NCBI RefSeq assembly: GCF_963921235.1
Contig: NC_086097.1
Coordinates: 103,790,001 to 103,854,000 of the forward strand
DNA length: 64,000 nt
Direction of reading: 5' to 3'
Source of the DNA: Mobula hypostoma
Taxonomy: Eukaryota
In this document: one piece after another, positions 1 to 12,750 of the stretch
Layout: each line of letters opens with the position of its first letter
Position numbering within the stretch: the first letter of the stretch is position 1
Notes under the pieces: model-generated
What the model saw: only the letters and a program-made list of their open reading frames with translations
The model's database searches: none
What the model was told of the DNA's origin: nothing
Translations under genes and position numbers: made by a program

Positions 1-596
1 AGCAGAAAACTTCTGTGCAATTCTACAACAGCAGTAAGCTCAATTTGAGGTGCTCCAGCTGAAGTTAGTTGTAACCTTGACCAGTAGGTTATCAGCGAGT
101 CCAAGATGTCAGTGTCAAACAGTGAACAGAACTCAAGCGAATCAGTTGATGCATCTAATACCGATTTCCACTTTGATGTTGCTTCAAGAGTTACATTTGA
201 ATCATGGTTTAAACGTTATGAAGATATATCCCAGGTCAAGTTCACCAGTAAAGGAAGACATGCTTTGCTCCGAAAATTGGGTACTGCTAAACATGATCAT
301 TATTTCAACTTCATTCTGCTTAAGAACCCACATGACCTATCGTTTGACGAAACTGTCTTGACAGTTGGACTGCACCTAGTGAGTGGGATTTCGAGAAGAA
401 GCAATAATTTCATTCAGCTTCGTGGTTGGTTTAAAAAAGACAGCACTTTGCGCAGTTTTTGGAGTTGGATCGCACCCAATCAGTGAACAGGATTCATTAG
501 AAAGGATACATAAAAGTAAGACAGGCAAGCAGAGCAGCCATTGTGAGAGTGGGCCAATGTTGGAATGCTTTCAGGAGATCAGGTTTAGGTGAGGTA

Positions 597-1713
597 CAAT
601 GGTACTAGAAAGTTTGTGAACCCTGTAGAATTTTCTTTATTTCTGCATAAATATGATCTAAAGTGTGATCAGATCTTCATGCAAGTCCTAAAACTAGATA
701 AAGAGAACCCAGTTAAATAACACACTAACATCATACTTGTTCATTTATTTATTTGAGAAAAATGATCCAACATTAAAAGTATTTGTTGGGAAAAGTATGT
801 GAACTTTTGCTTTCAGTAACTGGTATGACTCCCTTGTACAGCAATAACTTCAACCAAACGTTTCCAGTAACTGTTGATCAGTCCTGCACATCTGCTTAGA
901 GGAATTTTAGGCTATTGTTCCTTGCAAAACTGCCTCAACTCTGAGATGCTGGTGGGCTTCCTTCCATGAACTCCTTGCTTCAGGTCCTTCCACAACATTT
1001 CTATAGTATTAAGGTCAGGACTCTGACTCCAGCCATTCTAAAACACATTTTCCTGTAAAATGTCTTGATACAATTTTCAATTCATTGTCCTCTCAACGAT
1101 TGCAAGCTGTCCAGACACTGAGGCAGCAAAGTAGCCCCAAACCACGATGCTCCTTCCACCATGCTTCATAGTTGGGATGAGGTTTTGATATTGGTGAGTA
1201 TATATCGTGGACACATGAACAGAGACTTTAGCAAGTTCTAGAGATTTCTGCAGGCCTTTTGCTATTACCCTTGAGTTCTTTTTCACCTCCTTCACCATTG
1301 TACTCTTAGTGTGATTTTTGCAGGATGCCCACTCTTTGGAGAATAGCAACATTACTGAGTTTCCTCCATTTGTAGACAATATCTCTTACTGTGGACTGAT
1401 GAACACTCAGATTTTTAGAAATGCTTTTGTAGCCTTTTCCACCTTCATGCATCTCTACAATTCTTCTTCTAAGGTCCTGCTATTTTTGTAGAAGGCATTA
1501 CCCCAGAGGTTCATGTACTACTTCCAACAAATACATGCAATATTGAATCATTTTTCCTCAATAAATGAACAAATATAATTTCGTGTTATGTTTTTAATTG
1601 TGTTCTCTTTATCTAGTTTTAGGACTTACGTGAAGATCTGATCACACTTTACGTCATACTTGTGTAGAAATAGAGAAAATTCTACAGGGTTCACAAACTT
1701 TCTAGCACCACTG
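597..1713 (-). mobile_element. Internally deleted Tc1-family DNA transposon with long terminal inverted repeats
   Basis: TA|CAATGGTACTAGAAAGTTTGTGAACCCTGTAGAATTTTCT...AGAAAATTCTACAGGGTTCACAAACTTTCTAGCACCACTG|TA, with TA duplications at 595-596 and 1714-1715. Transposase remnant PTMKHGGRSIVVWGYFAAS (ORF 1077-1379, minus). Confidence 0.92.
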
Positions 1714-2591
1714 TAAATAGCTGGCACATTTCTTCTTCTTTATTCCTTGTCTGTTACGGTGCAGTTAGTGCAGTGAGAATGGCTCTTGGAGTTTTGTTCT
1801 GTATGAGATGCTGGGATTCTGGGAGACCTCCAGGTGCATCAAGCTTCAGCTCCTCAGAGAACATGTTAAGGAACTGGTGCTGCAGCTTGATGATCTTTGG
1901 CTCATATGGGAGACCGAGAAAGTGATAGCTAGGAGCTCAGGTGAAGTAGTCACCCAGAAGTTTCAGGAGACAGGTAACTGGGTGACTATCAGGAAAAGGA
2001 AGGGAAATGGGCAACTCTGTTCCTCTCAACACTAAGTATACTACTTTGGAAACTGCATGTCAAAAGGGTGATCCTTCAATAGTCATGGGGAATTTCAATA
2101 TGCAAGTAAATGCAGATAATTTTGTTGGTTCAGTATTCCAAGAGGGGGAATTTATAGAATGCCTACGAGGTGGCTTTTTAGAGCAACTTGTGGTCAAGCC
2201 CACTAGGAGAAAGGTAATTTTGGATTAGGAGTTTTGCAATGAGCCAGAATTGATTTGAGAGCTTAAGGTAAAGGAACCCTTAGGGGAGTTGCAGTGATCA
2301 TAATAAGATCGAATTCACCCTGCAATTTGAGAAGGAGAAGGTAGTCAGATGTATCAGTATTACAGTGGAGTAAAGGGAATTACAGAGGTATGAGAGAGGA
2401 GCTGGTCTAAATTGATTGGAAGGGAACACTAAGCAGGGATGATAGCAGAGCAGCAAAGGCTGAAATTTCTGGGATCAATTCAGAAGGTGCAGGATAGATA
2501 CATCCCAAAGTAATAGTAATATTCTAAAGGCAGGATGACGCAACCATGGCTGATGAAGGAAGTCAAATAAATGCCAATATAAAAATAATAT

Positions 2592-3955
2592 AGACCAGTA
2601 AGTCTTACTTCAGTGGTTGGTAAGTTGATGGAGAAGATCATGAGAAGCAGGATTTATGAACATTTGGAGAGGCATAATATGATTAGGAATAGTCAGCATG
2701 GCTTTGTCAAGGGCAGGCCGTGCCTTACGAGCCTGATTGAAATTTTTGAGGATGTGACTAAATACATCGATGAAGGAAGAGCAGTAGATATAGTGTATAT
2801 GGATTTCAGCAAGGCATTTGATAAAGTACCCCATGCATGGCTTATTGAGAAAGTAAGGAGGCATGGGATCCAAGGGGACATTGCTTTGTGGATCCAGAAC
2901 TGGCTTGCCCACAGAAGGCAAAGAGTGGTTGTAGACGGGTCATATTCTGCATGGAGGTCGGTCTCCAGTGGATTGCCTCAGGGATCTGTTCTGGGACCCT
3001 TACTCTTCGTGATTTTTATAAATGACCTGGATGAGGAAGTGAAGGGATGGGTTAGTAAGTTTGCTGATGACACAAAGGTTGGAGGTGTTGTGGATAGTGT
3101 GGAGGGCTGTCAGAGGTTACAGCAGGACATTGATAGGATGCAAATCTGGGCTGAGAAGTGGCAGATAGAGTTCAATCCAGATAAGTGTGAGGTGGTTCAT
3201 TTTGGGAGGTCGAATATGATGGCAGAATCTAGTATTAATGACAGTGTGGAGGATCAGAGGGATCTTGGGGTCCGAGTCCATAGGATGCTCAAAGCAGCTG
3301 TTCAGGTTGACTCCGTGGTTAAGAAGGCATACGATGTATTGGCCTTCATCAATCATGGAATTGAATTTAGGAGCCAATAGGTAACGTTGCAGTTATATGG
3401 GACCCTGGTCAGACCCCACAATGAACACTGTGCTCAGTTCTGGCCGCCTCGCTACAGGAAGGATGTGGAAGCCATAGAAAGGGTGCAGAGGAGATTTACA
3501 AGGATGTTGCCTGGATTGGGGAGCATGCCTTATGAGGATTAGGTTGAGTGAACCCAGCCTTTTCTCCTTGGAGCGATAAAGGATGAGAGGTGACCTGATA
3601 GAGGTGTATAAGATGATGAGAGGCATTGATCATGTGGATAGTCAGAGGTTTTTTCCCAGGGCTGAAATGGTTGCCACAAGAGGACACAGGTTTAAGGTGC
3701 TGGGGAGCAGATACAGAGGAGGTGTCATGGATAAGTTTTTTGTTTACTCAGAGAGTGTGAGTGCGTGAAATGGGCTGCCGGCAAAGGTGGTGGAGGCGGA
3801 TACGATAGGGTTTTTTAAGAGACTTTGGGATAGGTACATGGAGCTTAGAAAAATAGAGGGCTATAGATAAGCCCAGTAATTTCTAAGGTAGGGACATGTT
3901 CAGCACAACTTTGTGGGCCGAAGGGCCTGTATTGTGCGTTGGTTTTCTATGTTTC
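2592..3955 (+). mobile_element. 5'-truncated CR1 LINE (RT and 3' end)
   Basis: ORF 2613-3380 has SQHGF, YMDFSKAFDKVPH, PQGSVLGPLLF and FADD. 3' tail ggttttctatgtttct. Confidence 0.92.
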
Positions 3956-5278
3956 TTAAAAAAAAATTACATGTAACTTAGCAAAAATTAATGGCAAGTT
4001 AGAGGATTGGGATGCTTTTAGAAAAATCAACAGAAGGCAACTAAAAATGTCACAAATGAGGAACAGATAGACATCACAACAGTGGAGAAAGTCATGATGG
4101 ACATATTGGAATGGGATTGTGAAGTGGACATATCGGAACAGGAATGGAAATGAAAGCTGGATGTTCAAGTGTGTCAGGGCAGAAGTATGTGAAGTTGCCA
4201 TTACTAGGGAGAAGGCATTTGGGAAACTGAAAAGTCTGAAGGTAGATAAGTCAGATGGTCTACACCCTAGTGTTGTGAAAGATGGCTGAAGTGGTTGTGG
4301 AGACATTGATAATGATCTTTCAAGAATCAATGTATTCTGCATTGCTCCGGAGGACTGGTAATTTGCAAATGTCATTCCACTCTTCAAGAAGGCAGAGAGG
4401 TGGAAAAAGGAAATTATAGGCCAGTTAGTCTGACCTCAGTGGTTGGGAAGTTGTTGGAGTTTATTGTTAAGGATGTAGTTCTGGGGTATTTGGACACACA
4501 TGATAAACTAGGCAAAGGGAAAATCTTGCCTGGCTAATCTGTTAGAATTCTTTGAGGAAATAACAAGCAGGGTAGAGAAAGGAGAATTGGTGGATGTCGT
4601 GTACTTGAATTTTCAGAAGGCCTTTGACAAGATACCACACGAGGCTGTTTATCAAGTTAAAAGCCCATGGTTTTTCAGGAAAGATACTAGCATGGATAGA
4701 GCATTCTGACTGGCAGGAGGCAAAGAGCGGGAATAATGGGAGCCTTTTCTTGTTGGCTACCAGTGACGAATTGTGTTCCACAGGAGTATTTGTTGGGACC
4801 ATTTATTTCTACGTGAAATGTCAATGATTTGGATGATGGAATTGATTGCTTTTTTGTAATGTTTGTGGATGATACAAAGATAGATGAAGGGGCAGGTAGT
4901 TTTGAGGAAGAAGAGGCTACAAAAGGACTTAGATTAGGAGAATGGGCAAAGAAGAGACAGATGGAGTACAGTGTCAGAAAGTGAATGATTATGCACTTTG
5001 AGAGAAGAAATAAAAGTGCAGACTATTCTCTAAATGGAAAGAAAATTCAAAAATCTGTGGAGCAAAGAAGTCCTCGTGCAAGATTCCCTCAAGGTTAATT
5101 TGCAGGTTGAGTTGGTAGTGAGGAACACAAATGCAATGTCAGCATTCACTTTGAGAGGACTAGAATATAAAAGCAAAAATGTAATGTTGAGGCTTTAAAA
5201 GGCACTGGAGAGGTCTCATGGAGTATAATGAGCAGTTTTGAGCCCCTTATCTAAGGAAGGATATGCTGACTTTGGAGA

Positions 5279-8200
5279 AACATGGAAACACAGAAATCTA
5301 CAGCACAATACGGCTCTTTGGCCCACAATGTTATGCCGACCATGTAACCTACTCTAGAAGCTGCCTAGAACCTCCCTACCGCATAGCCCTCTATTTTTCT
5401 AAGTTCCATATACCTAAGGGCCTCTTAAAAGACCCTACTGTATCTGCCTCTACCACTTTCACCAGCACCCACCTCTGTGTGGAAAAACTTATCTCTGACA
5501 TCCCCCTTGTACCTACTTCCAAGCACCTTAAAACTATGACCCCTCATGTTAACCACTTCAGCCCTGGGAAAAAGCCTCTGACTATCCACACGACCAATGC
5601 CTCTCATCATCTTGTGCTCCTCTATCAGGTCACCTCTCATCCTCCGTTGCTCCAAGAAGAAAAGGCCAAGTCCACTCAACCTGTTCGCATAAGGCATGCT
5701 CTCCAATCCAGGCAACATCCTTGTAAATCTCCTCTACACTCTCTCTATGGTATCCACATCCTTCCTGTAATAAGGTGACCAGAACTGAACACAAGTGCGG
5801 ACAAACTAAGTTCTTATATAGCTGTAATACTACCTCACGCCTCTTAAACTTAATCCCACAGTTGATGAAGGCCAACACACCATACGCCTTCTTAACAACA
5901 CCGTCAACCTGCACAGGTTTTGAGTGTCCTATGGATATGGACCCCAAAATCTCGCTGATCCTTCATACTGCCAAGAGTCTTACCATTAATATTATATTGT
6001 GTCTTCAAATTTGACCTACCAAAATGAACCACTTCATACTTATCTGGGTTGAACTCCATATGCCACTTCTCAGCCCATTTCTGCATCCTATTGATGTCCC
6101 GCTGTAACCACTGACAACCCTCCAGACTACCTACATCATCAACTTTTGTGTCATCAGCAAACTTACCAACCCACCCTTCTAATTCCTCATCCAAGTCATT
6201 TATAAAAATCACAAAGAGAAGGGGTCCCAGTACAGATCCCTGCGGAACACCACTGGTCACCGTCCTCCATGCAGAATACGAACCATCCACAACCATCCTT
6301 TGTCTTCTGTGGGCAAGTCAATTCTGCATCCACAAAGCAAGGACTCCTTGTATGTCATGCCTCATTATTTTCTGAATGAGCCTAGCATGGGGAAACCTCA
6401 TCAAATGCCTTATTGAAATCTGTATACACTACATCCAGTGCTCTACCTCCATCAATGTGTTTTGTTACATCCTCAAGGAATTCAAACAGTTTGTAAGACA
6501 TGACCTGCCCTTGACAAAGTCATGCTGACTATCCCTAATCAGATTATGTCTCTCCAAATGCTCATAAACCCTGCCTCTCAGGATCCTCTCCAACAACTTT
6601 CCCACCACTAAAGAAAGACTCACTGGTCTATAATTTTCTGAGTTATCTCTTCACCCTTTCTTGAACAAGGAAACAACGTTTGCAACCTTCCAATCCTCTG
6701 GTATTTCTCCCGTCCCTATTGATGATGCAAAGATCTTTGCCAGAGGCTCAGCAATCTTCCCTTCTCACTTCCCACAGTAGCCTGGGGTATAGCTTGTCCG
6801 GTCCCAGTGACCTACCTAACTTAATACCTTTCAAAAGCTCCAGCACATCCTCTTTCTAAATGTCTATACACTAAAGCGTTTCAGTCCGCTGTAAGTCATC
6901 CCCACAATTGTCAAGGTCCTATTCACTGGTCAATACTTAAGCAAAATATTCATTAGGTACCTCTGCTACCTCCTCCGACTCCATACACATGTTTCCACTC
7001 TCACTCCTAATTGGTCTTATCTTCACATGGCTCATTCTTTTGCTCTTCAGATACTGGTAGAATGCTTTTGGGTTTTCCTTAATCCTGCTCGCCAAGGCCT
7101 TCTCATGGCCCCTTCTAGCTCACCTAATTTCATTCTTGAGCTCCTTCCTGGCACCCTCGTAATTTTCTAGAGCTCTAACAGTACCTAGTTTCTTAAACGT
7201 TTCAGGAACTTTTCTTCTTAACTAGATATTCTACATCCTTTGTACACCATGGTTCTTTTACCCTACCATCCTTTCCCTGCCTCAGTGGAACATCTGCTCC
7301 CACTTTATGTTTCCACTTTATGTTCCCAAGTTCCTGCCTAATAGCATCACATTTCACCCTATCCCAAATAAATGTTTTCCCAAATTTTCTGCTCCTAACC
7401 CTCTCCAGTGCTATGGGAAAGGAGATTACCTCCAAAATGCTCTCCCACCAAGAGATCTGACACCTGACCAAGTTCATTTCCCAATACCAAATCACAAGAC
7501 AAAGGAGCAGAAGTAGGCCATCCGGCCCATCAAGTCTGCTCCACCACCCCACCATGAGCTAAACTATTCTCCCATCTAGTTCCAATTTCTGGCTTTTTCC
7601 CCATATCCTTTGATACACTGACTAATTAGATACCTATTAATCTCCTCCTTAAACACCCTCAATGATCAGGCCGCCACAGCTGTACATGGCAACGAATTCC
7701 ATAAATCCACGACCCTCTGGCTAAAAAAATTTCTTCTCATCTGTTTTAAATGGGTACCCTCTAATTCTAAGACTGTGGCCTCTTGTCCTGGACTCACCCA
7801 CCAAGGGAAACAGCCTTTCCACATCTACTCTGTCCAACCCTTTCAACATTCGAAATGTTTCTATGAGATCCCCTCTCATTCTTCTATACTCTAATGAGTA
7901 CAGTCTAAGAACCAACAAACTCTCCTCATATGTTAGCCCCTGCATTCCAGGAATCATCCTCGTAAATCTCTGAACTCTTTCCAACATCAGTACATCCCTT
8001 CTAAGATAGGGGGCCCAAAACTGTACACAGTATTCCAAATGAGGTCTCACCAGTGCCCCATTAGAGCCTCATCAACACCTCCTTACTTTTATACACTATT
8101 TCTCTTGAAATGAATGCCATTCGCTTTCCTTACTGCCGATCCAACCTGGTGGTTAACCTTTAGGGTATCCTGCACAAGGACCCCCAAGTCCCTTTGCACT

Positions 8201-10985
8201 TCCGATTTTTGAATTTTCTCCCTATCTAAATAATAATCTGCCCGATTATTTCTTCTTCCAAAATGTACAACAGTACATTTCTCAACATTGTATCTCATCT
8301 GCCATTTCTTTGCCTACTCTCCTAAACTGACCAAGTCTCTCTGCAACCTTTCTGTTTCTTCAACACTTCCTGCTCCTCCACCTTGGTGTCATACACAAAC
8401 TTAGCCACAAAACCATTTAATCCTTTATCTAAATCATCCACACACATTGTAAAAAGAAGCGGCCCCAATACCGACCCCTGTGGAACACCACTAGTAACCG
8501 ACAACCAATCAGAATAGGATCCCTTTATTCCTACCCTTCGCTTTCTGCCGATCAGCCAATGTTCCACCCATTCCAATATCTTTCCTGTAATTCCATGGGC
8601 TCTCATCTTATTAAGCAGGCTGTTATGTGGCATCTTATCGAAAACCTTTCGAAAATCCAAATACACAACATCCACAGCCTCTCCCTTGTCAAACTTCTTT
8701 GAGATTACCTCAAAAATTCCAGTAGGTTGGTGAGGCAGGATCTTCCCTTCATGAAACCATGCTGGCTTGGGCCTATCTTTTCATGCACCTCGAGGTATTT
8801 CATAACCTCGTCCTTGAGGATCAACTCCAATAACTTTCCAACTACCGATGTTAGACTAATAGGTCTGTAATTTTCTTTTTGCCTGCCTCCCTCCTTTCTT
8901 AAACAGCGGAACTACATTTGCCACCTTCCAGTCCTCCGGAACCATGCCAGGGTCTATTGATTCCTGGAAGATCATTTCCAATGCCTCCACAATCTCCAAA
9001 GCCACATCCTCAGAACCTGTGGGTGCACCTCATCCTGTTCAGACTTATCTATTCTTAGTCCATTTAGCTTCCCAATCACTTTCTCTCTAGTAATCTTGAT
9101 TGTATCTAATTCTATCTAGTACAGCCTCTCCTCTGGTTGGCCTATCTACATGTTGCATCAGGAAACCTTCCTGAACACACCTAACAAACTCCACCCTATG
9201 TAAATCCCTTGCTCTAAGGAGATGCCAGTCAATATTAGGGAAATTAACATCACGCATTACAACAACCCTATTACTACTGCACCGTTCCAGAAGCTGCCTC
9301 CTTACCTGCTCCTCGATGTCTCTGTTACTATTGCAGGATCTATAAAATAACACCCAGTAGAGTCATTGCCTACCCCCTTCCTGTTTCCACAACGACTCAG
9401 ACAATCCCTCCATGACTTCCTCCTTTTCTGCAGCCGTGATACTATCCCTGATTAGCAGTGCCACTCCACCACCTCTTTTGCCTTCCTGTCCTTTTAGAAA
9501 CATCTAGAGGTCGGCTACACTCACCAGCCATTCCTGCCCCAAGTTATCAAAGTCTCTGTAATGGCCACAACATCATAGTTCCACGTATTGATCCACGCTC
9601 TCAGTTTATCCGTCTTGCTCATGATACTCCTTGCATTAAAATTAACACATCTTAAACCATCTGGCTGAGTGCTTCTTTACTCCATCATCTGCCTAGCCTT
9701 CCTCACAAACTCCCTACAAGCTGTGCACCAATTGCCACATCCTCTGCCTGTTCACTTCGGTTCCCACCCCCCCCCCCCCACAAATCTAGCTTAAAATCTC
9801 CCCAATAACATTAGCAAATCTTCCTCCCATATATTGGTTCCCCTCCAGTTCAGGTACAGCCCATCCCACTTGTACAAGTCACCCCTTTCCCAGAAAAGGT
9901 TCCCGTGATCCAAGAACTTGAACCCTGCTCCCTCTCCTCGGCCACTCATTCATCTGCACTATCTTCCTGTTCTGAGTTTCACTAGCTCGTGGCACTGGGA
10001 GTAATCCGGAGATGACCACCTGGGAGATCCTGCTCTTCAGCCTCCTTCCTAACTCACCAAACTTACTACACAGGACCTCTACCCCTCTCCTGCCTATGTC
10101 ATTGGTACCAACATGTACCACGATCTCTGGCTGCTCACCCATTCCTTCAAGAATATCCAGCAACCACTCAGAGGCATCCTGGACCCTAGCACCTGGAAAG
10201 CAACACACTATCCTAGTGCCTCTTTTGCTGCTGCAGAATCTCCTATCTGTCCCCCTAACCTTCGAGTCCCCTATGACTATTGCTCTACCTGATTTCACCC
10301 TACCCTTCTGAGGCTCAGTGCTGACCACAGTGTTATTGGCCTGGCTGCTGCTGCCTTGCCCAGATAGGTCATCCCCCTCAGCAGTAACCAAGGGGGTATA
10401 CCTGTTGCTAAGAGGTCACAGGGGGATCCTGCACTGACTTCCTCCTCACTTTACCTCCCTCAGCGTTCACCCATCTACTCACCGAATTCTGCACTCTTGA
10501 GTGTAACCACCTGCTCAAAAGTTGTATCTATCAATTGCTCTGCCTCCCGGATGATGCTCAGTTCATCCAGCTCCTTAATGCAGTCTTTCATGAGCTGGAG
10601 TTGGCTGCACTTCCCGCAGGTGTAGTCATCAGGGAATCCATCAGGTTCCATAAATTCCTACATCCTACAGCAGGATGCCATATCTGCCATCCTCCCTGCA
10701 CTGTACAATGGGCAACCAAGACCAAATCTTCTAACCTGTCTCTTTGGCCTCAGCCTCTTCTTGTCGAAGCCTCGAGTCAAAGCCTGACGCTCCTACCACT
10801 GGCCTACTCCCAACAATGGCTACCCCGCTTGCCCCTTCTGTAATTTTATTTAATTCACAGTGCTCTGTACCAGACACTGGGCCTCTGGAATGTCCCAACA
10901 CCCGCGAAGCTCTCCTTTTAATCTAGATTCGCTGACCTGCGAATAACTTTTCAAAGTCCTCTGGTCCCAATGCTGTTTGGATCTC
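5279..10985 (-). mobile_element. Near full-length CR1 LINE (minus), interrupted by another CR1 at ~7494-9113
   Basis: Tail at ~5279; RT (GVPQGSVLGPLLF, FADD; ORF 5904-6296); EN remnant 9087-9353; ORF1 SGNH-esterase remnant (VIGDS..CCFPGARVQD..VVHVGTNDI; 9879-10391). Confidence 0.85.
7494..9113 (-). mobile_element. 5'-truncated CR1 LINE of a second subfamily, nested in the previous CR1
   Basis: DVVYLDFRKVFDKMPH, GVPQGSVLGPLLF, RPHLEYCVQFWAPY. Distinct tail (acaagacaaaggagcagaagtaggcc on +). The host CR1 resumes at atctagtacagcctctcc. Confidence 0.85.
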
Positions 10986-11593
10986 TGGAAGGTTCAAAGG
11001 AGATCAAGAAAATAATTTTGGGACTGAAAGGCTTATCATATGAAGAGTGTTTGACAGCTCTGGGGTGCTCAGTGGAATTCAGAAGAATGGGGGGGGGGAC
11101 TTCATTACAACCTATCAAATACTGAAAGACCTCGACAGAGTGAATGTGGAGAGGATGTTTTCTATGGTTGGGGAATCTAAGATCAGGGGACACAACCTCA
11201 GAATAGAGAGACATCCATTTAGAACGGAGATGAGGGGGAATTTCTTTAGCAGAGAGTTGTGAATCTATGGAATTTATTGCCACAGGCATCTGTGGAGGCC
11301 AAGACATTGGGTATATTTAAGGCAGAAGTTGATAGATTCTCTATCAGTCAGACCATGAAGGTATACAGGGGGAAGGCAGGAAATTGGGGCTGGGGGAAAT
11401 GAGTCAGCCGTGATGGGCCAAATGGCTTAATTCTGCTCCTATATCTTATGGACAGCTAACCAGCATTTTTGGAGAGAAATTATATCTCTTCAGTGTTCAT
11501 TACCAATGCCCAAAACTCATTAAACATGACACCAATTACTACATCACATATCCAGGGTCATCAATTGTGAATGTGAACAGTTCATGCTGGGTA

Positions 11594-11995
11594 ACATAGA
11601 ATTCTACAGCACATTACAGGCCCTTCGACCCACCATGTAATCTACACTTCAGACTGCCTAGAATTTCCCTAGCATGTAGCCTTCTATTTTTCTAAGCTCC
11701 GTGTACCTTTCTAAGAGGCTCTTAAAAGACCCTATTTTATCAGCTTCCACCACCGTCGCTGGCAATGCATTCCCTGCATCCACCACTCCGTGTGAAAAAC
11801 TTACCCCTGACATCCCCTCAGTACCTATTTCCAAGCACGTTAAAAATATGCCCCCTCATGTTAGCCATTTCAGCCCTGGGAAAAGCCTCTGGCTATCCAC
11901 ACGATCAATGCCCCTCATCATCTTATACACCTCTATCAGGTCATCTCTCAACCTCCATCACTCCAAGGGGAAAAGGCCAAGTTCACTCAACCTAT
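11594..11995 (-). mobile_element. CR1 3'-end fragment
   Basis: Reverse complement of the CR1 3' end seen at ~3540-3955; interrupts the gypsy gag. Confidence 0.85.
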
Positions 11996-12415
11996 ACTTC
12001 AAGTATCTGATTTTTATTTGTGGACCCAAGGCACCTGGTGATGCAGACATTCACAAACTGCTCCTAGCTAGACTTGAGCAAGACTTTGATATGACTTTAT
12101 AAACCATCACTCAAGATTGTCAGTGTTTGATCAATCTGAAACACAATTCCAACCTGGCTGAACAGAACCATGTCAATGCAGTTTCCAGTGGCTCAGATAT
12201 CACACAGCAAATCTCCAAGGAATCAGATATAGTCTGTTGGAACTGTTGTGCATTGCATTATGCTTGAAACTCCCAATACAAGAAACACTTCTGCAGCAAA
12301 TACCAACACCATGGTCACAAAGAAGGCTTTTGCTATTCTTTACTATCTTCTAGGCCAGTGAAACACAAGGACAAGAAGTTTCAGACAGCCAAACCATACA
12401 AGGAATTTAATTGTC

Positions 12416-12750
12416 ATAAGATGATGAGAGGCACTGATCATGTGGATAGTCAGAGGCTTTTCCCCCAGGGCTGAAATGGTTGCCACAAGAGGACACAGGT
12501 TTAAGGTGCTGGGGAGTAGGTACAGAGGAGGTCAGGGGTAAGTTTTTTTTTACGCAGAGAGTGGTGAGTGGGCTGCCGGCAACGGTGGTGGAGGCGGATA
12601 TGATAGAGTCTTTTAAGAGATATTTGGATAGGTACATGGAGCTCAGAAAAATAGAGGGCTATGGGTAAGCTTATTACTTTCTAAGGTAGGGACATGCCCG
12701 GCACAACTTTGTGGGCCAAAGGGCCTGTATTGTGCTGTAGGTTTTCTATG
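12416..12750 (+). mobile_element. CR1 3'-end fragment
   Basis: Nearly identical to ~3610-3955; ends gttttctatg; interrupts the gypsy element. Confidence 0.85.

Larger units (their letters stand above)
365..11450 (+). mobile_element. Near full-length, decayed CR1 LINE inserted in the gypsy gag, itself interrupted by Tc1 and other CR1s
   Basis: 5'UTR ~365-595; ORF1 remnant (RCIKLQLLREHVKELVLQLDDL, 1808-2035); EN remnant (IVMGNFN); RT remnants ~3956-5278; resumes ~10985 and ends in the tail ctcctatatcttatg. Candidate TSD gacag at 360-364 and 11451-11455. Confidence 0.8.
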
